Shown in pieces: positions 53,371 through 64,000 of a stretch of 64,000 bases of DNA. The DNA comes from Hemiscyllium ocellatum (taxonomy: Eukaryota), in the NCBI RefSeq assembly GCF_020745735.1, contig NC_083428.1, positions 30,504,001 to 30,568,000 of the forward strand, read 5' to 3'. The notes beneath the pieces were generated by a model. It saw nothing but the letters and a program-made list of their open reading frames with translations, did not search any database and was not told where the DNA came from. The translations under genes were made by a program, and so were the position numbers. Numbering within the stretch: position 1 is the stretch's first letter; every line of letters starts with the position of its first letter.

Positions 53371-54303
53371 TCCTAACATATATTTCAGTCTAGCTAATGT
53401 ATTATCTATGCTCTCATAAATCACTTCCTCATACCATTCAAGTCTGGTAGGGCTTTGTCAACTGTATGAGCAATCCCTAACTTTATAACTTGCCATTGTC
53501 CCTTACCAATCTATCAATTCCTAAATATCCTCAATATAAACAACCTATTCTCATTCATTGAGCCTAAACCAGTCTAAATTTCTTTCTCAAAAAAAAACTA
53601 CCATAAATTCTTACTGTGGAAAATAAAATCAAAATGCCCTGGATCTTGAGCTCCAGGGAAATAAAACACAAACATTTAGCCACCAACAAACAATTAAGTC
53701 TCTCTCTCTCTGCCAGAGCTCTCCCTAAACAGACCCTTTGTTCATTTCCAAAAGTCTAATTATCCAACAGGCCTTACCTAAAACATTCAACAGTCTAGTA
53801 ACACTATGACTATTCTCTGTTATTTTCCTTTTAATCATCCACTGCCAATCTGCTGGCTTTTTAAACAGGTCTATCAGCATTTTTAGTAAAACAATTTCCC
53901 CTTATTTATTCTGCCCTATTTGTTCAGGCCCTCGTTTCCTGCAAGGTGATATCTATAGGGTCTTATATTCACCATGTGGAATTTTACTCAGACAATTGCT
54001 ACAATCTATTCTTACTCTCCCCTTGCCCCACTGCACAGTTTTCTTGACCAATTCTCCAAGTCTCCTTTAGCCGCAATTTACCCCTCGCCTTTGGATCTTG
54101 GATCGGAGAGACGCTCTGGCAGGTTTCTGCACCTCAGAGTCCCCAAGGACCACTCCAAGCCAACAGAAGATAGTCAAAATTCATAGCAAAAATGCTAACC
54201 TTTTGTTTTGTTGGGTACCCTTATTCTGTCAATCCTGGGAGTGCCCCAGGTGGACCGAGAAGCGCCGTTACTGCCGCCCTCTTTCTGGGTGGATCTCTGC
54301 ACG

Positions 54304-54321
54304 ACCCTGCTCGTAGTGCCA
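54304..54321 (-). promoter_or_regulatory. Primer binding site, tRNA-Ser-like
   Basis: TGGCACTACGAGCAGGGT, 4 nt after the LTR end. It matches 15/18 to TGGCGCAGCGAGCAGGGT, the complement of the vertebrate tRNA-Ser(UGA) 3' end as I recall it. Confidence 0.7.
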
Positions 54322-54325
54322 AATT

Positions 54326-54727
54326 TGTCATGGAGAAAATGTAGAGAATCACCAGGAGACGCAGAGAATTCTTCATGAAGTTGATCTTTTATTTGCAAAC
54401 AAAAACCGTGACACTGAGAAAGCAGATTCTCGAATGCATGAATCTCAGGGTCCGTGGTTTTTATATTTTTTAAATCATGTTTCTGTTAGCTTATCAGCAT
54501 GTCCAACTATATTAATCAAAATATCTCACTCTAGCTACACAATAAACCGGTGATGTTAGTTCCCATTATCTCTTTAGTTGTACATTCTACTAAATGTTAT
54601 TCTAATGTGACGGTTAGATATTTATTATCACCTCTGCTACAGTGATCTTCCATTCCAGCCTAATCAGTCATGATAGATATTTAGCTATTCCATCTATTAC
54701 AATAATCTCCTGTATCAAGCTGACTCT
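54326..54727 (-). repeat. ERV 5' LTR (U3-truncated)
   Basis: Minus-strand TATAAAA at 54459-54465, AATAAA at 54388-54393, ends ...TGACA just before the PBS. Confidence 0.85.
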
Positions 54728-55059
54728 GCAAACTATTTATTACATATTTAATGATATGTCCCAAATATTTATGGTCTCAATCTTGGCACAATGACATTGA
54801 ACAGGGAAACTACCTCTACCAACTGTTATCTTATCTTGCCATAGTGACCTTACTCTGCTAATTGGTGTAAGAGCATTCCACTATTCTTATCCCATCTTGC
54901 CTTCCGCAGATCACAGATTGCCAGTAGTCTTCATGCTTTAACCCTTCCCGTGCTTTCATGCTTTTTATTTTTTAGATCTCCTAATCACTTATAGTGCCCA
55001 CTTTCTTTAATAGCAGACAATTTCTTTGATATATCAGAATAGAAGATTTTCATCGTATT

Positions 55060-58000
55060 AGGAAAAAATGGAAGTGACTTATTCCAAAGATCAGTGTTGG
55101 ACCACTTTTGTTTTCTTTATACATAGTTGATCTGGACTTGGGAAGCGCAGTTATAAAACTTGAAAAACAGGGCTGCAGTGTTGCTGGGACCTGATCAGTA
55201 CGCACAATGACAAGCCAATTGGGAAAACACATGAAATTAGGAAAATTAGATTCTTGATTTTGGAGTGGGGAGTCCAACTTTATGCATGAGGTTTTAATAT
55301 CTAATTGAAAGGAGTTATGGGTAGCAACTGCTTACATCCTTTGTTCATGCTGCCATAGCTCATGGTGATAGTGTACTGAAACTTAATCCCCACTATTCCT
55401 TAAGTTGTCCCAAAAGTTAAATAGTTTAAAAAGCATTGGAAAGAGGTGCAAAAGGGGATTTAGATTTCTGACACTCAATGTCTGGTTCTGAGGAAGGTAG
55501 TACCTGTACAAACTGGACAAGTTGAACCTGAAAGAGAGCTGATACTGAAACCCTTGTGGGTTGCTATGGGAAGGCTTTAAACTAATTTGGAAAGGGTCTG
55601 GGAGCACAAAATTCTATGATGTATGTTTGGTACTAGTAGAATAGCAAATAACAGTAGCTAGTGAAATCAGGGAAAGGCAGAAAGAAATAGAATCTAATGC
55701 AGGGTTACTCTGCATGTATGTGAATATAAATAGTATTGTAAGTAAGATGGGAGTTACAAATGCAGACTGTGTCTTGTGGAAATATGCTGTGTTGATAAGA
55801 GACCTGACTCAAGAAAGGACAAGATTGGTTGTTAAATATTCCTGGATACAAGGTGTTTAGAAAAGGAATAAAAGGAGGAAGGATAGCATATTGGTTCAGG
55901 AGAGAGTTGAGGTATGAAAGGTGAGTATTTTTGTTGCCTGACTCTAGTGGCTCTTGAGAAAATGGTGGTGAGCTACTTTCTTGAATCGCTGCAGTCTATG
56001 TGCTGTGGGTTAACTCACGATGCTATTGAGTAGGGAGTTTTAGGATTTTGATCTAGTGACAGTGAAGAAATGACATATTTTCCAAGTCAGGGAAGGGAAC
56101 TTGCAGGAGGTGGTGTTCCTCTGTATCTACTACCCTCCTCCCTCTGGATGGAAACAGCCATGGATTTGGAAGATGCTGCCTAAAGATCTTTCACAAATTT
56201 CTGGAGTATATTGTGTAGGGAGTACACACGGCTACTGAGCATTGGTGGAGGGAGTAGATGCGGCAGCAGTGAAGTGGTCTGCATTGTCCTGTGTGGTTTC
56301 AAGCTTCTTAAGTGTTGTTGGAGCTGCATGCATTCAGGCTATTGGGCAGTATTCCATCACAGACCTGACTTGTGCCTTGTAATGATGGACAGACTTTGGG
56401 GAATTGGGGAGGGGCGGGGAGGGGGGGGTTGGGGTGTGAATTACTCACTACAATATTCCTAACTTCTGACCTGCTCCTGTAACCACTGTGTTTACGTGGT
56501 GAGTCCACTTGAGTTTCTAGTCAATGGTGTTATCATCACTGAATCCCCAACTATCCCAAGCCATAGTGACAGAGGAGAAATCTCTTGTCACCAGAAGGGT
56601 TCAAAATTAAAGAATTGTTGAATGGTGGGTGCTTTAGTGATGGTTACACCATTGAATGTCAAAGAGTCTAGGTTTAATTGTTTCTTGTTGAACATGGTAC
56701 ATCTCTGTGACACTATGACTTTATGGTAATAGCTTGGCATTTGTCCAGTGTGAATGTTACTTGATACTTGTCAGCCCAAACTGAATATTGTCCAGATGCA
56801 CTTGAACATTATGTAGTGTAGTTATAATGTGGAGCTTCAATTATCCAGATATTCATTGGAATACTTGTAGTATAAGGGCTAATAATAATTAAGTGTTCCT
56901 AGATTGCATCCTACAGCAGTATGTATCCAGTCCAATAAGAAAGGATGCATTGTTGGACTTAGTTCTTTGCAACTATGTGGGCCAAGTGTCAGTGGGAAAT
57001 ATTTAGTTGGGAAATGTCTAGGTGACCTTGCTCTTTGACCTAATCAGTGATCAATTGTAAAGGTTCAGGGTGATGGCAGAGAATGATGTTAGATAATCCA
57101 GAGTGAGAAAAATTAGTTGAGAGTCAGAAAGATATACAGCATGGAAATATAAATTGTCCATGCCGAACAGGTATCCCAAATTAATCTAGTCCCATTTGCC
57201 AGCACTTGGCCCATATCCCTCTAAATCTCTCCTATTTGTATACCTATCCAGGTGCATTTTTTAAATGTTGTAATTGTACCAGCTTCTATCACTTCCTCTG
57301 GCAGCTCATTCCATACACACACCACCCTCTGTGTGAAAAAGTTGCCAGTTAGATCCTTTTTAAAATCTTTCCCTCCTCGCCCTAAACCTATGCCCTCTAG
57401 TCCTTGATCCCATAGAATCCTAGAGATGCACAGCATGGAAACAGACCCTTCGGTCCAACCTGTCCATGCCGACCAGATATCCCAACCCAATCTAGTCCCA
57501 CCTGCCAGCACACGGCCCATATCCCTTCAAACACTTCCTATTCATATACCCATCCAAATGTCAGGGTAATAGACAAGATCTTTCCCCGATCAATAGCCCT
57601 TATGATTCCGTAAACCTCTGTAAGGTCACCCCTCAGCCCCCGCTCCAGGGAAAATAGACCCTGTCTATTCAGCCTCTCTCTATAGGTCCAACCCTGGCAA
57701 CATCCTTGCAAATCTTCTCTGCACCTTTTCAAGTTTCACAACATTCTTTTTATTAGAAGGAGACCAGAATTGCACACAGCAGACTTCAATGGAGCAAGGA
57801 CAGAACTGGGCACGATAAACTGTAACTAAACAGTCTATTGGACCAGCTTCAAAAAGGAGATATTTCAGGTACAGTTGTGGTAACTTCTCTCAAATGAGAA
57901 ATGTAGGACAAACAAATCCAGAGCCCACTGACTGACACAGGATCTAGAAATTAAGAACCAAAAGTGCTCATGACAAAATCAGGTACCTAATTCAATTGAG

Positions 58001-61000
58001 AACCAAGAGCAATATGGAACGTTCAGAGGTGGTGAAGAAGCAAAATTTGAGAAAAGATTGATAACCAACATAGAGTTCCAAAGTTGTCTTTGGGCAGATA
58101 AATAGTGAAAGAGTGGTTTAAACAGAAATCTGTCTCTAGAATGATTCAAAATTAAAGAATTGTTCGATCGACTGTTGGTACTTAAAGTTCACAAGGTACT
58201 ATGATTAGATGAGTGTATCCAAAGGTATTGAAAGAAGTCAGTGGAATTTTCAGGGGCACTGACTAAATCTTTCAATAATCCATAGACCAAGTAGAGGTGC
58301 TAGAAAACTGGAGAGTTGCAAACATTGAAGCCTTTTTCAAAAAAGATGGTAACAAAAAGTCCAGCAATCACAGACCAGTCAGTTTAACTTCAGGGGTGGT
58401 GAAGCTTTTTGAAACAACATTTTTTGAGATAGAATTAGTAATCACATGGAAAAAGGTGGGTTGATTGGTGGAGTTTCAGCATGGACTACTGAATGGGAAC
58501 TCATGCTTGATTAACCTGGAAGTTGTTTGATGTTGCAGAAAGGCTTGATGAGGGTAATGCTGTTGATATGGTGTTAATTGATTTCCCAGAAGATATTTGA
58601 TACAGTACTACACAACAGGCGAGTGAGGAAAGTTATGGACTAAAGAATAAAATGGTAGAAAATAGGGTGATTGGTAGGAAATAGAAAGTGATAGCCATAG
58701 AGTCATACAGACCATTTGGTATTGGAAATAGACCCTTTGGTGTCCATACCGACCGGGTTTTCCAAACTAAACGAGTCCTATTTGCTTGTATTTGACCCAT
58801 ATCTTTCTAAACCTTTCCATTCATGTACCTGTCCAAATGTTTAATGTTGTAACTGTACCTGCATCTACCACTTCCTCTGGCAGTTCAGTTCACATATGAA
58901 CAACCGTCTGTAAACAAGTTGCCATTCAGGTCCCTTTAATTTTTAGGTGAGAGGAGAAAGTATTATGCTATCTAATTTTGAACTTCATAACCCTGGAGAA
59001 AACACACTTGCTATTCATCTTATTTATGTCCCCTCATGATTTTATAAACCCCTAAAAAGGTCTCCCCTCAGCCTCCTATGCTCCAGTGGAAAATGTCCCA
59101 ACTTATCCAGCCTTTCCTTGTAACTTAAACCCTCCAGTCCCAGTAACATCCTCAGAAATGTTTTCTGCACCATCTCCAATTTAATAACGTCCATCCTAAA
59201 GCAGGGTGACCATAACTGTACACAGAAGAGGCCATACCAATATTCTATACAATGTCAACTCCTAAACCCAATAGCTTGAGCAATTAAGGCAAATTAAAAA
59301 AGGATGGAATTGTCAAGCCCTGGGTGCAGGAGCCTGGTAAGGCAGATGAGCTTGGGGCATGGTTGGGAATGTGGGATTAGGATGTCATAGCTATTACAGA
59401 AAAGTGACTCTGGGATGGACAGGACTAGCACGGTATAGATCATATCGGGTGGGTGGGGGGCGGTGGCAGGGAGAAGGAGAGTGATGTTTTTGGTTGGAGA
59501 TAACATTACAGCTGTACTTGGGGAGGATGACCTGGGGGATTGTCCAGTGAAGTAATATGAGTTGTATTAAGAAATATATGAAAGTGATGATCACCTTGTT
59601 GGGATTGTAATATAGGTGTCCCCCCCCCCCCCCCCCCCCAATAGTCAGCAGAAAATTAGGAGATCTTGAATACTTGAAAGAATAATAGGGTTGCGATGGT
59701 AGGGGATGTTAACTTTCCAAACATAGACTGGGACTGTCATGGCATTACGGGCTTGGGTGGGAAGGAATTTAAGTAGGTAGAATAAAACTTTCTTAATCAA
59801 TGTATGGATGTACCTATTAGAGAAGAGCAATACTTGACCTTCAGTTGGGAAATAAGGTAGGGTAAGTGACTGAGGTGAAAATCAGGGAGCACTTTGGTGC
59901 AAGTGATCATAGATGTATTATATTTAAAATAGTTATGGAAAAGAATAGACCTAATCAAAAAGTTAGAGCTCTAAGTGGGAGTAAGGCCAATTTTGTTGGT
60001 ATTACATGGGATCGTTGACAGGTTAATTGGGGGAGGTTATGAGCAAGTAAAGGGATGGTTGGGAAGTGGGAGGCCTTTTAAAAATGAGGTAACCAGAGTT
60101 CAGAGATGGTATATTGCTGGTAGGTGTAGGGAATGCTGGATGACAAGAGAAATCAAGGTTTTGGTCAAGGAAAAGGAGGCATATACCAGCTATGGTCAGC
60201 TGAGATTGAGTGAGACCCTAGAGGAGTATAAGGACAGCAGGAGTATACTCTAGGTCAAAAAGGGGACATGAGATAGCTTTGATAAATAGTTAAGGAGAAT
60301 CCAAAGAGATTCTATAATTGCATCAAAGGGAGGTACAAAAGAGAAACTAGGGAGCGAATAGGGCCCCTTAAAGATCAACATGGCTGCCTACATGTGGACC
60401 AGCAGGAGATGGTTGAGTTACTAAATAACTGTCGTGTCAGCATTTACTGTGGATCATTGGATATTTTTCAAGCTAGAGGAAAGCTTGTAGAGTTCTTCGG
60501 GGATCAGTATTGGATCTTGCTGATGTACATTAATGATTGTGATCTAGTGTGCAGGGGAAAACTTCAAAATTTGCAGATGCCACAAAACTCGGAATAATTG
60601 TAAACTGTGAACGACAGTGCAGAATTTTAAACAAATGTAAACAAGTTGGAATGGGTGGATAGGTGGCAGAGGACGTTCAATGTAGAAAAGTGTTGAAATC
60701 CATTTTGGTAAGAACACTAAAAGACCATGTAAAATAGGGGATACGCATCTAAAGGGAGTACTGGGAGCAGAGGGACATGGGTGTATTGTGCATAATCATT
60801 GGTGGCAGGGCAGGTGGATGGAGTAGTTAATTAAGCCTACAGTATCCTTGCTTTTATTAACCAAGGCATTTAATAAAAGAGCAAGGAACTGATGTTGAAT
60901 CATCTCAGCCACTTGTTAGATGTCTGAAGTATTGTGTGCAGTGTGGGTGCCATCTAGGAGGAAGGATGTGAATGCACAAGACTGCACAGAAGTGATTGAC

Positions 61001-61232
61001 AATAATGGCTCTAGACACGAGGAACTTCTCTAATGAAAATAGATTGAAGATGCAGCGTTTTGTTTGGAAAGAAAATGGCTAAGAGAAGATCAGATCAGAT
61101 CAAAATCATTGGCTGGATAGAGTGATCAGGACAAAACTGTGTTAAAAGGATCAAGAACCAGAGAACATGAATTTAAAGTGATTTGCAAAAGGAGAAAATG
61201 TTATGAGACAAGGTTTTTTATACAGTGAGTTG
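55060..61232. mobile_element. Nest of LINEs: an old plus-strand CR1 split by younger insertions
   Basis: Colinear decayed EN/RT pieces on the plus strand. Minus-strand 3' ends at ~55925-56810, 57120-57780 and 58695-59295. A plus-strand EN piece at 59310-60440. Confidence 0.7.
59620..59639 (+). repeat. C20 homopolymer inside a CR1
   Basis: Direct count. Confidence 0.9.
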
Positions 61233-61935
61233 TGTCAAATTGTGCCTTTTAAGAGAGATTTGTTTTGACTTGTTTCTTTTCGAAGAGAGATGTTGTAAAC
61301 CTGGTGCAGAGGAAAACAGAGTAAATAGCTTTGGGTTTTAAAATTGGACAAAGAAGCATGTGTAGATCGAGCCAGGCCCCCACAGACCCAGGGTTTTAGT
61401 TTTGCTTTCAGTTGCTGAAGCTGCATTTTAGAGTAGAAGCTGCGAGATACAGTTGCTGTGGAAAAGTGGGCTTTGAGAAAAGTGTCAATGAGTTATGGAT
61501 TTTTAAAATCTAGGAATGGCAGAGAAGCACTCTGCTGTAGAAAGCTTGATCTTTGTCTGCTGCTCGACTTTGTTTCCTTCAGTATTTTGTTTTGCTGGAT
61601 TAGAATGAGAAGATTGTGGGAATAACACACTTGCTGAATTTGCTTTTGCCAAAGATGTGTTTATGGGATGTTGATATATTGGAACAGTTGATGAGTAGTT
61701 AAGTGGTTTATTTATGTTAAGTCTTTTAGTAGAGTTAGAGTTATACGAATTTGTTTCTTTCTGATTTTTTTTAACTGTCGTGTAAGAGATGTTTTACTTA
61801 AAGCCCAGTAGTTTGAATTGAATAACATCTGGAATCCTGGAATGCAGTGCCTTACAATTGCTTTTAAGTAAGACAAAAGTTTCAGGTCTATGCTATCTTC
61901 TTGTTTTGAAGGGGTTTCTTTTGGTAGTTAGAACG
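61233..61935. repeat. Possible solo LTR
   Basis: Abrupt TGT-initiated ~700-bp block that breaks a CR1; no coding motifs. Confidence 0.35.
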
Positions 61936-62011
61936 AGGAATTCATATTAATTCTTGTATTCAATTTTGAAATGTTGTATATAAATGGTATGGGTTTATGG
62001 TTTCTTAACAG

Positions 62012-62069
62012 TGAGGTGAAGCTTGCTTATTCTTTGAATTTTGAAGATGCTCAGATGCCAAAAGGTCAG
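62012..62069 (+). CDS. Possible second exon of the divergent gene
   Basis: Non-repeat island with tttcttaacAG acceptor and CAG/GTAGGT donor. Open in the phase-2 frame needed after 47870: (S)EVKLAYSLNFEDAQMPKGQ. No recognisable homology. Confidence 0.3.
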
Positions 62070-62269
62070 GTAGGTAAACAAGCCAAATTGTTGCATAACA
62101 TTTTAAACTAATTAGATTGAGTTTATTCCTAGGGAACACAACCCTTCACAATAAAGATATCTAGTGTCAATATCAACAACTTAGCAGCTCATGATCTGCA
62201 CTCCTATCCATTAATGATGGTGTTGTCAACAGAAGAACGTTTCTTTTCTCCCAGCCTAGTTGATCAGTG

Positions 62270-64000
62270 TCATACAACACAGAAACAGACCATTTAGCCC
62301 AACTTGTCCATGCCAACCAGGTTTCCTAGATTGAAGTAGTCCTATTTAGTTCATATCACTCAAATCTTTCCTATCCATGTACCTGTCCAAATGTCTTAAA
62401 TGTTGTAATTGTACTTGCCTCTACCAATTTCTCTGGCAGCTCATTCCCTATATGCACTGTCCTCTGTGTGTGCGTGCATGCGCGTGTGTGTTTGTGTGTT
62501 GGGGGGCTGAGGGGAGTTTTCCCTCTAGTCCCTTTTCTCTCACCTTATACCTATGTCCTCTAGCTTGACATCCCTATCCTGGGGAAAATACCTTGGCCAT
62601 TCATCTTATCTGTGTCCCTCAAGATTTCATAAACCCCCATAAAGTTCACCCCTCACACCAGGGGAAAAAAAAGGTCCCAGCCTATCAAGCCTCTCTTTAC
62701 AACTTGAACCTCCAGGCTTGCTAACTTCCTTGTAAAACTTTTTTGCACCTTCTCCAGTTTAATAACATCCTTTCTACAGCAGGGCAAGCATATTGGTAAG
62801 GCCACATTTGAAATACTGTGTATAATGTCTTGGATAGCCATAATATAATGTCCCACCTCCGGTATGCAATGCTGTGACCAATGAAGGTAGGTGTGCTAAA
62901 CACCACCACCTCCACTCTCTACCTGCGACACCACATTCAAGAAACTATGTATCTGTACCCCACAGACTCTATTCGTCAACATTCCCCGGGGCTTACCATT
63001 AAGCCTATAAGTCCTGCCCTGGTTGGTCTTACCAAAATGTAGTACCTCTGCAGTTATCTTAATTAAATTCCATCTGCCATTCCTAGGACCAGTGGCCCAG
63101 TTGATCAAGGTCCTATTGTATTTTCAGATAATCACCTTCACCTTACACTATACCAACCAATTTTGGTATCATTCTGCAAACTAACTAACCATGCCAGCTG
63201 TATTCTCATCTGTATCACTGATATAAGTGATGGACAGTGGACCCAGCACTGATCCTTGTGGCACATTGCTAGTCACAGGCCTCTATTCTGAACAACAATC
63301 CTCAACCACCACCTTTTGTCTCCTGTCAAGCCACTTTGTTGTATTCACTGTCATTCAATCAAGCCTATATCTGGCACAGAACTGGTTTTGAAATGCATCA
63401 CTTGATCCACCTGTACCATATCAAAGTCTCTGGCTCTTGCCAGTATTGTACCCAAATGGCTAACTGTCCTTGGAATCCATGTGATCTAACCTGGCTAACT
63501 AGTCTACTGTATTACATTGTCGAGCGCCTTTCTGAAGTCAATGTAGACAACATCCACTGCTGTACCTTCATCAGTCTTCTTTGTCACTTCTTCAAAAAAC
63601 TCAATCAAGTTAATAAAACATAATTTCCCCCACACAAAGCCATGTTGACTTTCCCTAATCAGTCCTTGCCTTTCCAAATATGAGCAAATCCTGTCCCTCA
63701 GAGTCACTTCCAATAACTTGCCCATCACTAACGTCAGGTTCACTGGTTTACAGTTCCCTCGCTTTGCCTTACCACCTTTCTTAAATAATGGCACCACATT
63801 AGCCATCTCCCAGACTTCTGCCACCTCACCTGTGGCTATCAATGATACAAATATCTTAATAGTAGACCCAGGAATTACTTCCCTAGCTCCCCACAAAGTT
63901 CTGGGATGCACCTGATCAGATCCGGGGAATTTATCCACTTTTTTTTAAGATATCCAGCACTACAACCTCTATATGGACATTTTTCAAGGTATCATTATTT
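62270..64000 (-). mobile_element. CR1 LINE RT to 3' end (runs off the window)
   Basis: ORF 63504-63938 (QHGFVWGK.C.INLIEFFEEV) and downstream RT motifs. Confidence 0.88.

Larger units (their letters stand above)
48281..54727 (-). mobile_element. Degenerate endogenous retrovirus (LTR-PBS-gag-pro-LTR; RT, IN and env lost)
   Basis: Direct repeats at 48281-48911 and 54326-54727, PBS, gag and retropepsin remnants, later nested insertions. Confidence 0.85.

Noticed and set aside
30800-53390. CRISPR-like array from the recurring gctggaaaagcgcagcaggtcaggcagcatc word
   Set aside because: Copies are dispersed, in both orientations and flanked by TSDs in eukaryotic DNA. They are Penelope termini.
62133-62300. 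Open frame after a cctAG as a third exon of the divergent gene
   Set aside because: It would need a ~63-bp intron, has no good donor, runs into a CR1 tail and does not resemble CATSPERD.

Overview
Vertebrate genomic DNA, almost certainly a cartilaginous fish (shark), judged from HE1-type V-SINEs, HER1/CR1 LINEs and Penelope-like repeats. The left half holds coding exons 1-15 of mitochondrial Lon protease (LONP1) on the minus strand: ATG at 30465, all GT-AG introns, one continuous frame of 2392 nt. The remaining 3' exons with the catalytic dyad lie off the left edge. The right half is mostly nested retroelements. It also contains a second CpG-rich promoter with a 71-bp signal-peptide exon on the plus strand (47800-47870), which I infer is exon 1 of CATSPERD, the head-to-head neighbour of LONP1 in human. 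Inside that putative first intron is a decayed antisense endogenous retrovirus (LTR, tRNA-Ser-like PBS, gag with PPPY and CCHC motifs, amber junction, protease, LTR). Its pol/env region has been lost at a CR1/LTR microhomology junction. Many short Penelope-like inserts carry minimal hammerhead-ribozyme cores in several stem-II variants, and four of them are ~200-bp inverted-repeat units, three with clear target-site duplications. Exon coordinates were checked base by base. Repeat boundaries are approximate and family names come from recognition, not a database search. I do not see a convincing wholly new biological system; the best leads are the ribozyme-bearing mini-elements, the provirus and the candidate CatSper gene.
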